This document shows, one piece after another, positions 52,009 through 64,000 of a stretch of 64,000 nucleotides of DNA; the stretch's first letter is position 1, and every line of letters starts with the position of its first letter. Source of the stretch: Mobula hypostoma. Taxonomy: Eukaryota. The notes under the pieces were generated by a model. It was not told the origin of the DNA. It did no database searches and saw nothing but the letters and a program-made list of their open reading frames with translations. The stretch is from contig NC_086097.1 in the NCBI RefSeq assembly GCF_963921235.1, forward strand, positions 230,270,001 to 230,334,000. The letters run 5' to 3'. Both the position numbers and the translations under genes were made by a program.

Positions 52009-53964
52009 TTTGCCAGGGTCAGTGAAGTCATGAATTCCTAAATTATGCTTCTTGCTGGATCAGCCAATGACCTGCAACTATTCTTGAATGGAGATGCCTT
52101 CAAGATTAGACCATTTATCTTTTCCTAATCTGGACTGTACAGTGTGCCGCAGATGGTACAATTGTCTCGCAGCGCCAGTGAAACAGGTTCAATTCGAATA
52201 CAGTCTGTGTGGGGTTTGGACATTCCTCCTGTAACCTCATAGATATGCCCAGGGAAGAAGACTTGGGGGGGGGGGTCCTCCAATATCCCACAGGAAGGTT
52301 GGGTGGGGAAGATGTTAGTAGGTTACAGCAGGTCCATGGCATAAAAAAGGTTGGGAACCCCGGGTTGCCGGAAAATAGGTGGTGGTGGTGGGGGCCGGGG
52401 GGGGAGAATGGATTGCTCTATTTCATAAGTAAACATGACAATACAAAAGAAATTGGAGAGGTCCAAGAAGGTACAAATTAAAGGATAATGTAAATTAAGA
52501 ATCTGAATGTTTAATATTATTTATAATCAAGATTAGAGTGATTTCTCTTTTTCCTAATTATCAATCTATTCACAGAAAAACACTGAAGAGTTTACATGCT
52601 GGTGGGAGACCATTCTCTACTCCAACTGAAGATTTTGTTCTATTTGCCAAAAATCAGTTACAGGTAGGAAGCAGCCTACTACCCATTTGTGGATTATGTA
52701 AAGTGGACTGAAAATTTGGCATGTTCCTCTATGGACATGCCAAACTCCAAACCAAATATGTCTCTATTTGTTCCGCCCAAGGGCTATTTATGTTCAAATG
52801 CAAATAAAGAAATATTTCTCAGGATCTGTAACATGATTCCAAACTCAAATTTACAGCTAAATGATATTTACTTCAACAGAATAATTAATTCTGTTAATAA
52901 ATAATTAATTGCTGCAGTATTCTAATCACTATTAAATCATTGCAGCGGCCAGAATATTGCTGAAATACCACAGAACAAAAGTTACTGTCTTCATTATGAC
53001 TGCGTTTATTGAGTAGATTTCTTCAGAATGAAGCACCTGTTAATAAAATCAAGATTATTTAAGAAAAGGACAGACTCTTGAGGACTGATAAATGTAGACC
53101 CTGATAAAGTGGCCTGCAAGTGATTTGGGCCGCAGTTAGGATTAGAAGACAGCCTCAACATATAGAAAAACCATTGCACAACTTGGCTTTAAGAAACAAT
53201 CAAGGTTAAGGTAGAAGGAAAATGTAACATTTAGTTATTAATTTCACTCTACCTTCAACTAACTTTGAAATACTTCAATGCCAAGAGTTCAAATATTCTC
53301 TGGCTGCCAACTGTTTCAGACTCCTAGATGTCTACTTAAGGCCATAAAATAGCACACGATCATAAAATTAGACCCCAACCAATATTGATTGCTCCACCTT
53401 GAGAACCCAACAGCTTATAGGCGAGATATAGTAAAGATTTAAAATGATGTCTGAATAACATCTTTACTAATATTGCGTCACATTTCATTTACTTTCCTTG
53501 CAATAATCATCCTACAGCCTAAAGCGGATGTGACTTTGTGCCAGTCTATTGGCAGTTAGAGATGCCAGCCTGTTCTGACTGGAAATTGGATTGAGACTAT
53601 TCTTTTTTGCTATAAATAAGTATATCAGGATCTTAAACTGGAGCACATTCTAGCAAATGGAAATAGAAGCTATTGTCATTCTTGCATCGTTCCCCAGAGG
53701 AAAAAAAACACAAAATAAATTATGTCTTAAGTGGTTCCCTGTGCCATTCCTGGGATCTTATCATCGAAGAAACTATTCTTTAGCAGTGAGAAATGGCATA
53801 TTAATTGTTCACCTAGGACCTGGAAAGATTATACTTGTTAATTAACTGTGAGATTATAAATACTAATGCTGCAATAAACTCATTGTATAAGTAGCAATGG
53901 CTAACATTTAAAAGATGCATAGTTCACAGTAAATATATCCCCCCCCCCCGCCCCCAAGACACAA

Positions 53965-55745
53965 AAAAATAGTCTGGCTGCGGCTAACAAGAGAAGTTAA
54001 AGATAGTATTGAAACAAAGGAAAGGTCTCATAATGTTGTCAAAAAGAGAAGTCTGAAGTTTGGGAAAACTTTAGATCTCAAAGGAGGACCAAAAAGTTGA
54101 AAAAAAAGCAGAAAAACAGTAATCACAAGAGAAACAAAAACACCTACAAGGTTGTCATCTTCTAAATTGCATTCAATTCTAGACTGTAATCCCACTACTA
54201 AAGGAAGGAGAAAATACTTGGAGCTACAAACTTCCTAATGTGAATGATGGGGGTGATGCTACTGTGTAGTATTAAATGGAAGGAGTAATTTAAATTCAGG
54301 GTTGCACTAAGTCCTTATGGGTTTGTGAAAAGGAAATTATGTCTCACAAATCTGTAGGTCTTTTTGTGATTATAACCAATATAAAGAGAACTGAAGACAC
54401 AAGGGATTGAAGATGCTAGAATCCGAAGAAAAAGCAAACTGCTGGATGATCTCAGAGTCTCAGACTGGATCAGTGAAGGGAACTGGACTGTTAATATTTC
54501 AAGCAGACATCAATAGTCCAGATGAAGCATCTCAACCCAAAATGTCGATGACCCTTTCCATTTGCAGTCTGGGCAAGTTCCTCCAGCAGTTTGCTTATTG
54601 CTTGGTATACTTGCACTTCCACAGGCCTTCAATAAAGACTCATGTAGCAATATTATGACAAAATTAGAATATATGGGATTGATGACAATAACCTAGCATA
54701 GCTTGCTGACCAATTGACAAACAAAAAAAGAAGAGAATAGGCCAGTGAACCAGTTTCAAGCTAAAAAGTGAACCAGTTTCAAGCTAAAAAGTAAATTATT
54801 ATTCTCCATAGCAACCACTGCTAGGATTCTTGTTTTTCACAATTTATGTATTAGGATAAGGGGACCAAATGTAATACATCCAAGTTTACTGATGATTAAA
54901 ACTGACTGGCTGTATGGGTTGAGAGAAGATACAGAGGGACTTCAAAAGGGATATAGACAGATGAGATGAATGGATATGGCTATTAAATATATGAAAATAT
55001 GTGAAGTCATCTCAGTGGAAAGAATAAATGGGCTGAACAGTTTTTAAAATGGAGGGTGCTTGAAAAGTGTTCATGTCCAAAAGGAAATTGAGGTGTTGTT
55101 AATACGTTATCACTGACAGTAAACAGTCACTGTACATATTTAGAAAGGGAAATCATGTGCAGGCTTTTACTACAAAGGATTTGAGTCCAAAAAGTGCAGA
55201 TGCCTTGTTCTAATTATATTGAACACTGCTTCTGAAATATTGTGTAAAGGGCCTCACTACCTAGGGAAATACACATTTTGATAGATGGAATGCAGTAAAA
55301 GTTCACCAGATTAATTCCTAGGTGATGCGTTTGTCCCACGAGGAAACAAAAATTGAACAGAATGGACCTATATTCTTTTCAGTTTAGAGGAACAAATGAC
55401 AATCTCATTGCAATATGCAACATTTTTCCATGAATTAACAGAGTAAATATAGGGACAAGGTTATCTAGAATCAGGGGTTCACAGTCTCAACATAAGGGTT
55501 TTTATGCAGCCTGAGGCAAGAAGAAATTTCTTTGACCCAGAAGGCTGCATACCTTTGTTCTCTATTCGAGAAACCCAAGAAGGGTATAGAGGTTCAAATT
55601 TCTGACTATATTCAAGTCAGAGATTGATGGATCTTGGATATATTAAGGGAATCAGTGCAGGGTAGTATTATTGGGATAAAAGATCAGTTTTGATGTTTAT
55701 GAATAGTAGAGCCAGCAGAAATGGGCCACATTCCTGTTTCTAATT
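53965..55745 (+). mobile_element. Ancient CR1 remnant containing a decayed palindromic element (about 54410-54600) and a 23-bp tandem duplication (54744-54789)
   Basis: PWLTREV-, GFVK.K.CLTNL-, SKF.DD- and KFTRLIP-like remnants; agtgaaccagtttcaagctaaaa occurs twice. Confidence 0.65.
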
Positions 55746-56409
55746 CTTTAGCTCATTTACAGACCCATTATTTAAAATGAACGTTTGCCAATCTGATTTA
55801 AAAAAAACCTAAAGAACCAATAAAATGTTAACAAATCTGCCAATGATTTAAAACAACGCAGAAATTTAAATAGCAAAATATTCATGCGATGTCTCAAATT
55901 TTAAACAAGAAATGCCTCAGAATTGTTAACGAAAATATGTTTATTTATTGACACAGCAAGAATCAAACTGCCATGTCTCACAGTTGGATCAGGTAGCTGA
56001 ACAAGAATTTGAGCTTTAATATTAGAATTCTTAAAAATCTTATTTACGGGTATTAATTCAAAAATAATGAACTCTAAATTGAATTAAGAACCCACAGGGA
56101 AACATTATTTCAGACTTTTCCTTTGTTCCAATAATATCACAATAATCTATCTCGTTACAGCACCAAATCAAAATTTGCTATTCATTTTATCAAATATATG
56201 TTTACATTATCAATGCATCAATTTAAAACAATGAATTCAATTGTTGTTCTCTAAAAATCACATTCTTCTTACATTGGAACAAGATAGTTTGTCCTAATTT
56301 CATGATAATTAATTAATGTTCAATATTGGATTATAACTCTTACTGTTAAATCTGTATTGTGCTTAATTATCAGTACACCTATCATTTTTCATGCTCCAGT
56401 AAACTCTAC

Positions 56410-56630
56410 CTTAATTTCATGCTTGGCTGGTGTGAGTGATGGAGTAATGTCAGTCTTTGCTTTCTTATCCTCTTCCTCTGCCTTCTCCTCTTCTGCCTTC
56501 TTCTCAGGTGTCACTGTGGTTATTAAATTCGTTGACACTAGGCTCTTGGCTGCACCATAATGACCAGTAGCCACCTCTGAGGCCGAAATGGAGTCTTTAA
56601 TCACCATCTCATGATTCTCAGTGACGGAAG
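56410..56630 (-). CDS. EPB41L3: EPB41L3 exon following the FA domain; has an alternative internal acceptor at 56576
   Basis: ttttaaag|CTTCC...AAG|gtagag, 221 nt, phase 1 to 0. Encodes (A)SVTENHEMVIKDSISASEVATGHY...TNLITTVTPEKKAEEE...HEIK, matching the 4.1B motif TNLITTVTPEKKAEEE. Confidence 0.93.
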
Positions 56631-57149
56631 CTTTAAAACACAAAACTTAATTCATTATTGGCCTTTCCTTGGCAGGCTAGTAATAGTTGTTAGAATTAAT
56701 CTAAGTTCCTCTAGTCAAGAGAGCAGCAATCATTCAAGGACACCCACTCCGCCACCCCCTTGTCTGTAACACAGAGATGAGATGCGCAAAGGGCATGTTT
56801 GGTTCAACTTTGATGATCAGTAGCTATTTAAATGGTCTCTGGGTTCATGGTAGCAGTAACAGTAAACAATTTTTATTACAATTGCCAATTTCACACAACA
56901 CACGTATGCCAAAACAAGCCCAATGCAAGCTTGACGACAACAAAACAAGGGAAAATCTGCAAATGCTGGACAGATAACACTTCATTTTGGTTTCTGGGCA
57001 GATTGCAGCCTTCCTGACACTATATTCAATTTACAATTTTAGGTTACAGAGATATACAGCATGGAATGAGGCCCGCTAAGACCACCCTCACCATCATCCA
57101 CCCATTCTACATCAATCCTACACTGGCCCCATTTAAAAAAAAATCTCCT

Positions 57150-57790
57150 CCACATTTCCATCAATGCTTCCCAGATTCTACTTCTTACTAAACAACTTAC
57201 AGTGGCTATTTAACCTACCACAGTCTTTGGGATCGGGGAGGAAACTGGAACACCCAGAGGAAACCCTCACGGTCACAAGGAGGATATGCAAACTCCAAAC
57301 AGAGAGCACCCCAAGGTAAGGGTTGATTCCAAGTACATTTATTATCAAAGTAGGTATGCAGTGTACAACCCTGAGATTCGTCTTCCCCACAGACAGTCAT
57401 GAAACAAAGAAAACCTTGGAGACTATTCAAAGAAAAACATTAACCCCACCCAGCGCAAACGAAAACAAATCGCACAAACAGCAACGAAAAAAACCGAGCA
57501 ATAAACACAGAATATAAAACACAAAATAAAAGGAGTCCAGGCATATTCAGTTCAGCCCAATCTTGTTTATCTGCAGGCCGCCCTGATTCAAAATTGGCTG
57601 AAATAGCAAAAAAAAAAGAGCGACCAGAAACCAGAGACACACCACAATGCAAACCAGAGTCCAATCCACAAACTGCACTGATCAATCCCTGCCCACAATG
57701 CAGGACCCCGGCAGCATCAAGGGAGAAAGAGACCGTTTGAACACAGGGTCTCTCGTGCTGCAAGACGATGGCTCCCCCTGCCGCACCCAT
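57150..57790 (-). mobile_element. tRNA-SINE split by an insertion (about 57325-57735) whose tail matches the Rex/Babar 3' end
   Basis: SINE core at 57200-57320, head at 57735-57790. The insert tail gaatctcagggttgta..tactttgataataaa also occurs at 61250-61300. Confidence 0.6.
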
Positions 57791-59114
57791 CAGTCACCTG
57801 AAGACAATCTGTGCTTTCTGCCTGTATCAGGATAATCTACATCAGTCCTACAGCTGTGATCTTGACTCAGTTGTTCTTCTCTTGATTATTGCAGCCTAAT
57901 TTACTGTATTCTCTATTATTACTGCTTCTTTGTCCACGTTACATATTGCTGATAACAGGGGTGTGAGTGTTATCAATAAAACATAATCCTGTTCTCAGCA
58001 ATACAAAACATGGATAAAGAAGACCACCAGCCTTCAATTGCCCCTTAACCCATTTCACCTGGCTTCACTCAACCACAGACATTCCTTTTATCCCCTCCAT
58101 TCCTCCCGCCATCTTCTCTACAATTATCAGTGCAGATCAAAGTTCTTGGACTTGAAATGTTAATTTGGTCAGATCCCAACTGACCCCATGAATATTTCCA
58201 ACATTTTGTGTTTATTTCATTTCCATGTCTTTAGATGTTTGATTTTCATTACCGACCCCCTCAACGAATTTGGATATGGGCAACTGGATTTTAAAAGCTC
58301 ACAGGTTTACTGTGAGTAGAATGAAGGGGGAGAACTATGAGTGTGCTGAGAAAGTCACGTTTAGAGGTGAAAATGGCAATGACCAATGCACCAGCAATAT
58401 ATGAGTTTTAGACAAGGTATTGTCACTCTTTATGAAAATGTCACATCACTAAGTATTTACACAAAGCTGAGGAAAGTTAATAGGTTACAAGTTATAACCC
58501 AAATGATTAATTACTATTGATAGAATTACACAAACTAGAATAGGACAGGGAGTCTCTCAAGTCATTCTACTCGATTAACGTGATCTGTGCCACAATTCTA
58601 TTTGTGTGTTTTTGCAGAGAAAGGTTGAAGAAAATATTCACAGCTACACAGCTTTTAAATGTTGCAGACTTTGTTGCATTTAGATATTGTAAATCTCTCA
58701 TGCTCAGCAGCAAGATTCCTTACATTATATCAAAGTGCTCTCAACCAAACAGTAAGAACGTTCAACTTAAAGTATGAAGTGGATTATGAGCTGTTCGATT
58801 ACCGCCTACTCTGTAATCCTGCTCTTCCTCAAGACTATATTTGGATACTGACTAATTACTTGATTTTCTTTCAGGAGCTTGCCTGAGGTAACTGGTAATA
58901 TTCTATTCAAACCCAAACTGAACTAAACCCATATTTCCTCCATCACCAATACACCACATGGCACACACTACATAAATGCAATTTTCCATTTCTTGTCACA
59001 AAAAAATAACTTAGAAGCTTATATTGTGTTGGACTCCAGTTTCTTCCCACCTCCCAAAAACATGCTGGTCGACAGGACAATTGGATACTGTAAACTGCTC
59101 CAAGTGTAGTAAAG

Positions 59115-60160
59115 AGGATGTGGCCAGGACTCGAGGGAGTGGGTTATGGGGAGAGGTTCAGCTGGACAGAACTTTATTCCTCGGAGTATAGGAGACTGAG
59201 GGAAGATCTTCCAGAGGGGTACACAATTCCTTTCTTTCTTTATTTATCGAGATACAGCAAGGAACAGGGTCTCTGAGCCGCGCCATCCAGTAATCCCCCG
59301 ATTTAATCTGAGCCTAATCATGGGACAATTTACAAGTTCAATTAACCTACCAACTGGTATGTATTTGGACTGTGGGAGGAAACCGGAGCACCCGGAGGAA
59401 ATCCACACAGTCACTGGGAGAACGTACAAACTCCTTACAGCCAGCGGCAGGAATGATGAGGGATGTCGGAAGTGAGAATGCAGGGAGTCTTTTCTCATGG
59501 TCGGGCAACCAACAGCTTGAGGGTACAGGTTTAGGGTGAGTGGGGTTAAGATTTAATAGGGGCCTGAGGGGCAATGTTTTCCACCAAGAGAATGGTTCAC
59601 ATATGGAACAAACTGCCAGAGGCAGGCATAATAACAGGATTTTAGACATTCAGAGCAGTACATGGATAGGAAAGGTTCAGAGTAGGGGCTCCAACCTTGA
59701 CGGTATTCGTCCATGGCATAAAAAAGGTTCGGAACTCCTGGTTTAGAGGGATCTTGAAGATATTCTCCATTCATCTTCAAGGACCATCACCATCTGGGTT
59801 GTGCCCTCTTTTTGTTATTTCCATAGGGGAGGAGGGACAGGAGCTGAAGACACTTAATATCTTAGGAACAGCTTCTTCCCTTCCACCACCAGATTTCATA
59901 CCCGACCAGGAAACCACGAACAGCACCTCAGTATTCCTCCTTTGTCCTCTTTTTTATTGTTGTAACTTACAGCAATGTTTTTATGGTTTGCACTGTACTG
60001 CTGTTGCAAAACAACACATTTCACACCGTATGTCAGTAATAATAACCCGATTCTGATTCTAGATATGGGCCAAACATGAGCAATTCCAGCTTAGACGGTC
60101 ATCTTAATCAGCATGGACAAGCTGGGCCAAAGGGCCTGGTTTTGTACTGTTTGACTCCAT
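59115..60160 (+). mobile_element. Nested cluster: CR1 3' end interrupted by a minus-strand SINE (59240-59450), a hAT MITE (59683-59740) and a Rex-like fragment (59755-60060)
   Basis: CR1 pieces are collinear around the inserts; MITE flanked by gttcagag/gtttagag. Confidence 0.65.
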
Positions 60161-60529
60161 GCCATTGCTAAGCTAACTTCATTAATATTTGCATTCACAC
60201 CTAGCTTACCTTTCTTCCACAATCCCCAAATCTCTCTAACCAAAATCCTGATTCATAATTTTTCTCACCTCAAACTCAACTACTCCAATGTTTCTTTAAG
60301 AGTCTTTCAGTGCCTACCCTTCATATTCCTAACTTGTTCAACAACACTTGTTCAACATTCCTAACTTGTTCAACATTTTGTGGGCTTTCCTGCATTCAGT
60401 CCCATTTGGATAATATCACCACCCTAACTGGTTGACACTTCATATATTGGCCTCTAGATACACCTCCATTCCCATAATTATTGTGGACTCTAGTTGTTTT
60501 TTTACATAGGTCATGTCATACATTAGAAT

Positions 60530-61310
60530 ACATATATGAAGTCCGATTATTGACTTCAGGAGAGGGAAACCATAGGTCTATGAGCCAGTCCTCATCAGAG
60601 GATCAGAGGCAGACAGAGTTAGCAACTTTAAACTCCTAGGTGTTACTATTTCAGAGGACCTGGCCTGGGCCTAGCATGCAAGTGCAATTGCGAAGATAGC
60701 ACGGCAGCACCTCTCCTGCCTTAGGAGCTTATGAAGGTTCAGCATGACATCTAAACTTTGACAAACTTTGATAGATGTGTAGTGGAGAGTATACTGACTG
60801 GCTACAAAAGGTAGAGGATTTGACCCAGTACATCACGGGTGAAGCCCTCCCAAACGTTGAGGTATACTTACACGAAATGTTGTCGTAGGAAAGCAGTATC
60901 CATCATCAGAGATCCCACCAACCAGACCATGCTCTTTTCAAGCTGCTGGTATCAGGTAGAAGGTACAGGAGCCTCAGATTCAAGAACAGTTACTACCCCT
61001 CAACCATCAGGCTCTTGAATAGAAGGGGATAACTACACTCAACTTCATTTGTCCCATCATTGGAATGTTCCCATAACCAATGAACTTACTTTCAAGGGCT
61101 CTTCATCTCATGTTCTTGTTATTTATTGCTATTTATTTATATTTGCATATTGACCCCCAGTTTGATGTCTTCTGTACTCTGGTTGGTCTTTCATTGATCC
61201 TGTTATGTTATTATTCTATAGATTTATTGAGTGTGTCCACAAGAAAATGAATCTCAGGGTTGTATATGCGTGACATATATGTACTTTGATAATAAAATTT
61301 ACTTTGAACT
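60530..61310 (+). mobile_element. Rex/Babar-like LINE fragment
   Basis: IIDFR..RVSNFKLLGVTISEDL.W..ARQ.L..LR.L..VESILTG..SIIRDP..GRRYRSL..FKNSYYPSTIRLLN. Confidence 0.8.
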
Positions 61311-61841
61311 ATTGGCACTTCTATTTTTGTTTGACTGTCCAAAACTCCATCTCCACCATAACCTAGTGTCTATAGTTTTATTTCTTTAAATTTAAATGTT
61401 GACTTAAAACTTTTCCCCAGTCAACCCTAAAATGTGATTAGGCGTTATCTAAATATCCAACTGGAACTGCTCTGTCTGCACAAATACAAGTTTGTTGTAC
61501 AGTATAATAAATGCAAGCTCTGCTAACATAAAAATTGCTCAACATGCATTTGACATTTCTAGTTTAATTTAGCAGCAATATAACATGTTAAATGTTTTAA
61601 AACATTCAATTTAAAAATAACAAATGCCCTTAGCATTCATGAATTGATTCCCTTAGTATTGTTTAAGAGTCTACATTTCATTCATTAAATACACAAATAT
61701 AATTAAGCAAAATAATAAAAAAAATGCCATGAACTCATTTTACCATTTAAACCAATATTTGCACACTAACCAAATTTGAAAACAATCAAATAACGTCACC
61801 AAGTAAAAATTCCACTTGCGATTGCAACTCGATTTCCTTAC

Positions 61842-62017
61842 CTCCATCTAAGCTACGTGACATGGTGTAACGCTTGCTGGAAGAACGCTCAAAGTACGGT
61901 GCTGGGCGATCTATAAGGGAGCTCGCTCTTCGAGTCTGGGCTTGTGTTCTTCCACTGTAACGGAACTTTGAACCCAGAGTGAGGAATTTTTTTGGAGGTG
62001 GTTCAGGTGAAACTAAT
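61842..62017 (-). CDS. EPB41L3: EPB41L3 exon, FERM-adjacent (FA) domain
   Basis: ttgcag|A...GGAG|gtaag, 176 nt. Translates (R)[58 protein letters not shown], nearly identical to recalled human 4.1B. Confidence 0.96.
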
Positions 62018-62989
62018 CTGCAACGAAATCATTAGTCTGCATGAGAAGTAGCAAATCTTGTGAATGTGATCATTTAAAAAAATATTCCTCAGCAAGATTT
62101 TTCACATTTATGGTGACACGTGAAGGCTGAAAATGAACAATAATCCCACAATCTATTGTTGGAATTTACATAGCATCACAAATTGTGGTAAAGTCAAGTT
62201 CTGATATTTTGGGGGAAGGAGCAGGTAAGTCCATCTAGCTATAAAATTGAAAAGACAAAGGTTGCAATAACCATACTGAGTTTACACCAGGTTTCCTTAA
62301 TGGGTTTTTCAGGGTCTATGCTCCATAAATCTACCTGAACTGCAGAGCAAGCAGGCAACACCAAATGACCTGCTCCTGCTGTGACTTTTGTTTCCATAGG
62401 TCCAATCTGCTTGTTCAGATGAATAAAACTCAAAAATAGCAACTCCATTCAAGAAGCAACTTAGTTATTAATGTACTTAAGATATTAATTCTTTAAAGCT
62501 TTCTGTAAAATGCGCCTTCCTCTTCACATCCTGCTATCTTCTCCAATTTCGATAAGTACATGCTTTGAAAGAAAGACCTTGAGATAGTTCGGGCTAAGAA
62601 GCTCATTGTGGAAAAAGTTGTTGTTAAATACTAAGGTTGTGGCACATTAACACAAAATACTACCGAAAGATTGAGGCCACTAGTATTTAGTGTTCTTGGA
62701 TGGAAGCAATAGTGATTAGCACTGTGTTTTTGGATGTATTTTTATTTGTTTTAAATAACTTACCAATTTGGATACCAATACTGCAATAAATCTTAACTAA
62801 AAGCAAATTCCTTACTAGAAATCCACAATACTTTGTGGATGTTGTCTAACCAAAATTTATTTGCAATTTTTGGATTTACCAGATTTTGACTAATCACTAG
62901 AGCCTTCCTTCATCCAGGCGTAGACAGAAAGTTCCCGAGTTAACTTGGAAATCTACGCTATTTGTTTCTAGTATTCATAAGTTCCTTAA

Positions 62990-63565
62990 GGTTGTCATAG
63001 CTGGGGGGTGGGTAGTGGGGATAAGCTCCCACTACCTATTAAATGCTCCAAATGACGTGTGTCTCAAATAGCCTCTGGCAACCAGTTCCAGCTCCTGGCT
63101 AAGACTGGTGGAACCATTTCTACTAACAGGAGAAAGGGCAAAGGTGAGTTACTAGTGCCTTAAAACCAGCCACTTCGGGCATTTAGGCTCGTCAGCAATG
63201 GTTGGCAGCTAGGAGAAGAAAAACTCTGATCTCAAACCTCCACTACCTTGCGGCTATACCCACTCAACGGGAAGGCTTTGGGAGTAAAGCCAGCGGAAAA
63301 ATCCAGAGCTGAATTCCCTAAGGCAGTCCTTCATTGAGTTCAATGCTGACTGGCAACTCCTGCGACACTGCTGATACCAAACTGTATTGGTCACCGCCGT
63401 TCCTTTGGGTTCATCAACTGCGTGGGTGGGGGGGGTGCCCTGCTACATGGGCGTCAGCTTGTTCTCCATATCATACTGCCCTGGCTTGTGTGCTGGTTTG
63501 TGTATCATGTAGACAGCTGGCATGCAGCATCCATGGTCAACCTCAACCAATAGAGGGCCTCATAC
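62990..63565 (+). mobile_element. Non-coding GC-richer interspersed element, possibly an RTE-derived non-autonomous element
   Basis: 5' hairpin ggtagtggg..cccactacc. The segment ggagaagaaaaactctgat.tcaaacctcc.ct.ccttgcggctataccc resembles recalled RTE 5' regions. Confidence 0.45.
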
Positions 63566-63800
63566 GTCAAAAGGTAACTCTTGAATTCATGATCTCCCAA
63601 CCACCTCATGACCCTCGGACCTCATTTGTCCACCTGTGTAGCTAGCACTTTCTTTGTAACTGCATTCTGTTTTCTTTTTTCAAACCTCCCTTGATATTAT
63701 TGTGTATGGCATGATCAGAATGGCAGAACGCTTTTCACTGTAACTCGGTATCTGTGACAATAATAAACTAATACTAATCAGTGTTATGTATCCACCAGAT

Positions 63801-63880
63801 CAGGGGTTCCCAACCTGGGGTCCGTGGATTTCTTGGTTAACGATAGGGGTCCATGACATAAAAACGGTTGTGAACCCCTG
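63801..63880. mobile_element. 80-bp hAT (Charlie-like) MITE
   Basis: TIRs caggggttcccaacc / ggttgtgaacccctg; 8-bp flanks caccagat / cactcgat. Relatives at 59683-59740 and about 52330-52362. Confidence 0.75.
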
Positions 63881-64000
63881 CACTCGATCAACCTTGATGT
63901 TGTGACATTACCCTTCTTCTACTGTCGGTGTCACTATTCACACCAGACTTGAAAAAGCAAATTGTAATGCATTTTTTTTTCCTCGAAGAACTGTGTGCGC

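Noticed and set aside
60325..60378. Short tandem duplication of attcctaacttgttcaaca
   Set aside because: Ordinary slippage duplication with no further structure.

Overview
Eukaryotic genomic DNA, probably from a cartilaginous fish (inferred from the repeat families). The window is the intron-rich middle-to-3' part of EPB41L3 (protein 4.1B/DAL-1) on the minus strand. Ten exons can be placed by canonical AG/GT sites, consistent phase and recalled similarity to human 4.1B, running from the FERM-adjacent domain through the spectrin-actin-binding region into the C-terminal domain. Two further candidate exons have no counterpart in the canonical human protein. The FERM exons were not found (presumably right of the window) and neither were the final CTD exons (presumably left of it). 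The introns are dense with retroelements: an L1-clade 3' half, many CR1 copies of different ages (some nested), a young RTE with a target-site duplication, Rex/Babar fragments, Penelope-like elements (PLE), tRNA-SINEs and tiny hAT MITEs. The most unusual signal is an abundant ~170-250 bp palindromic element that looks like two PLE termini joined back to back. Its axis carries minimal type-I hammerhead ribozyme motifs on both strands, all degenerate in this window. Most short ORFs in the supplied track are repeat fragments or noise. No tools were used, so homology statements are from recall and TE boundaries are approximate.
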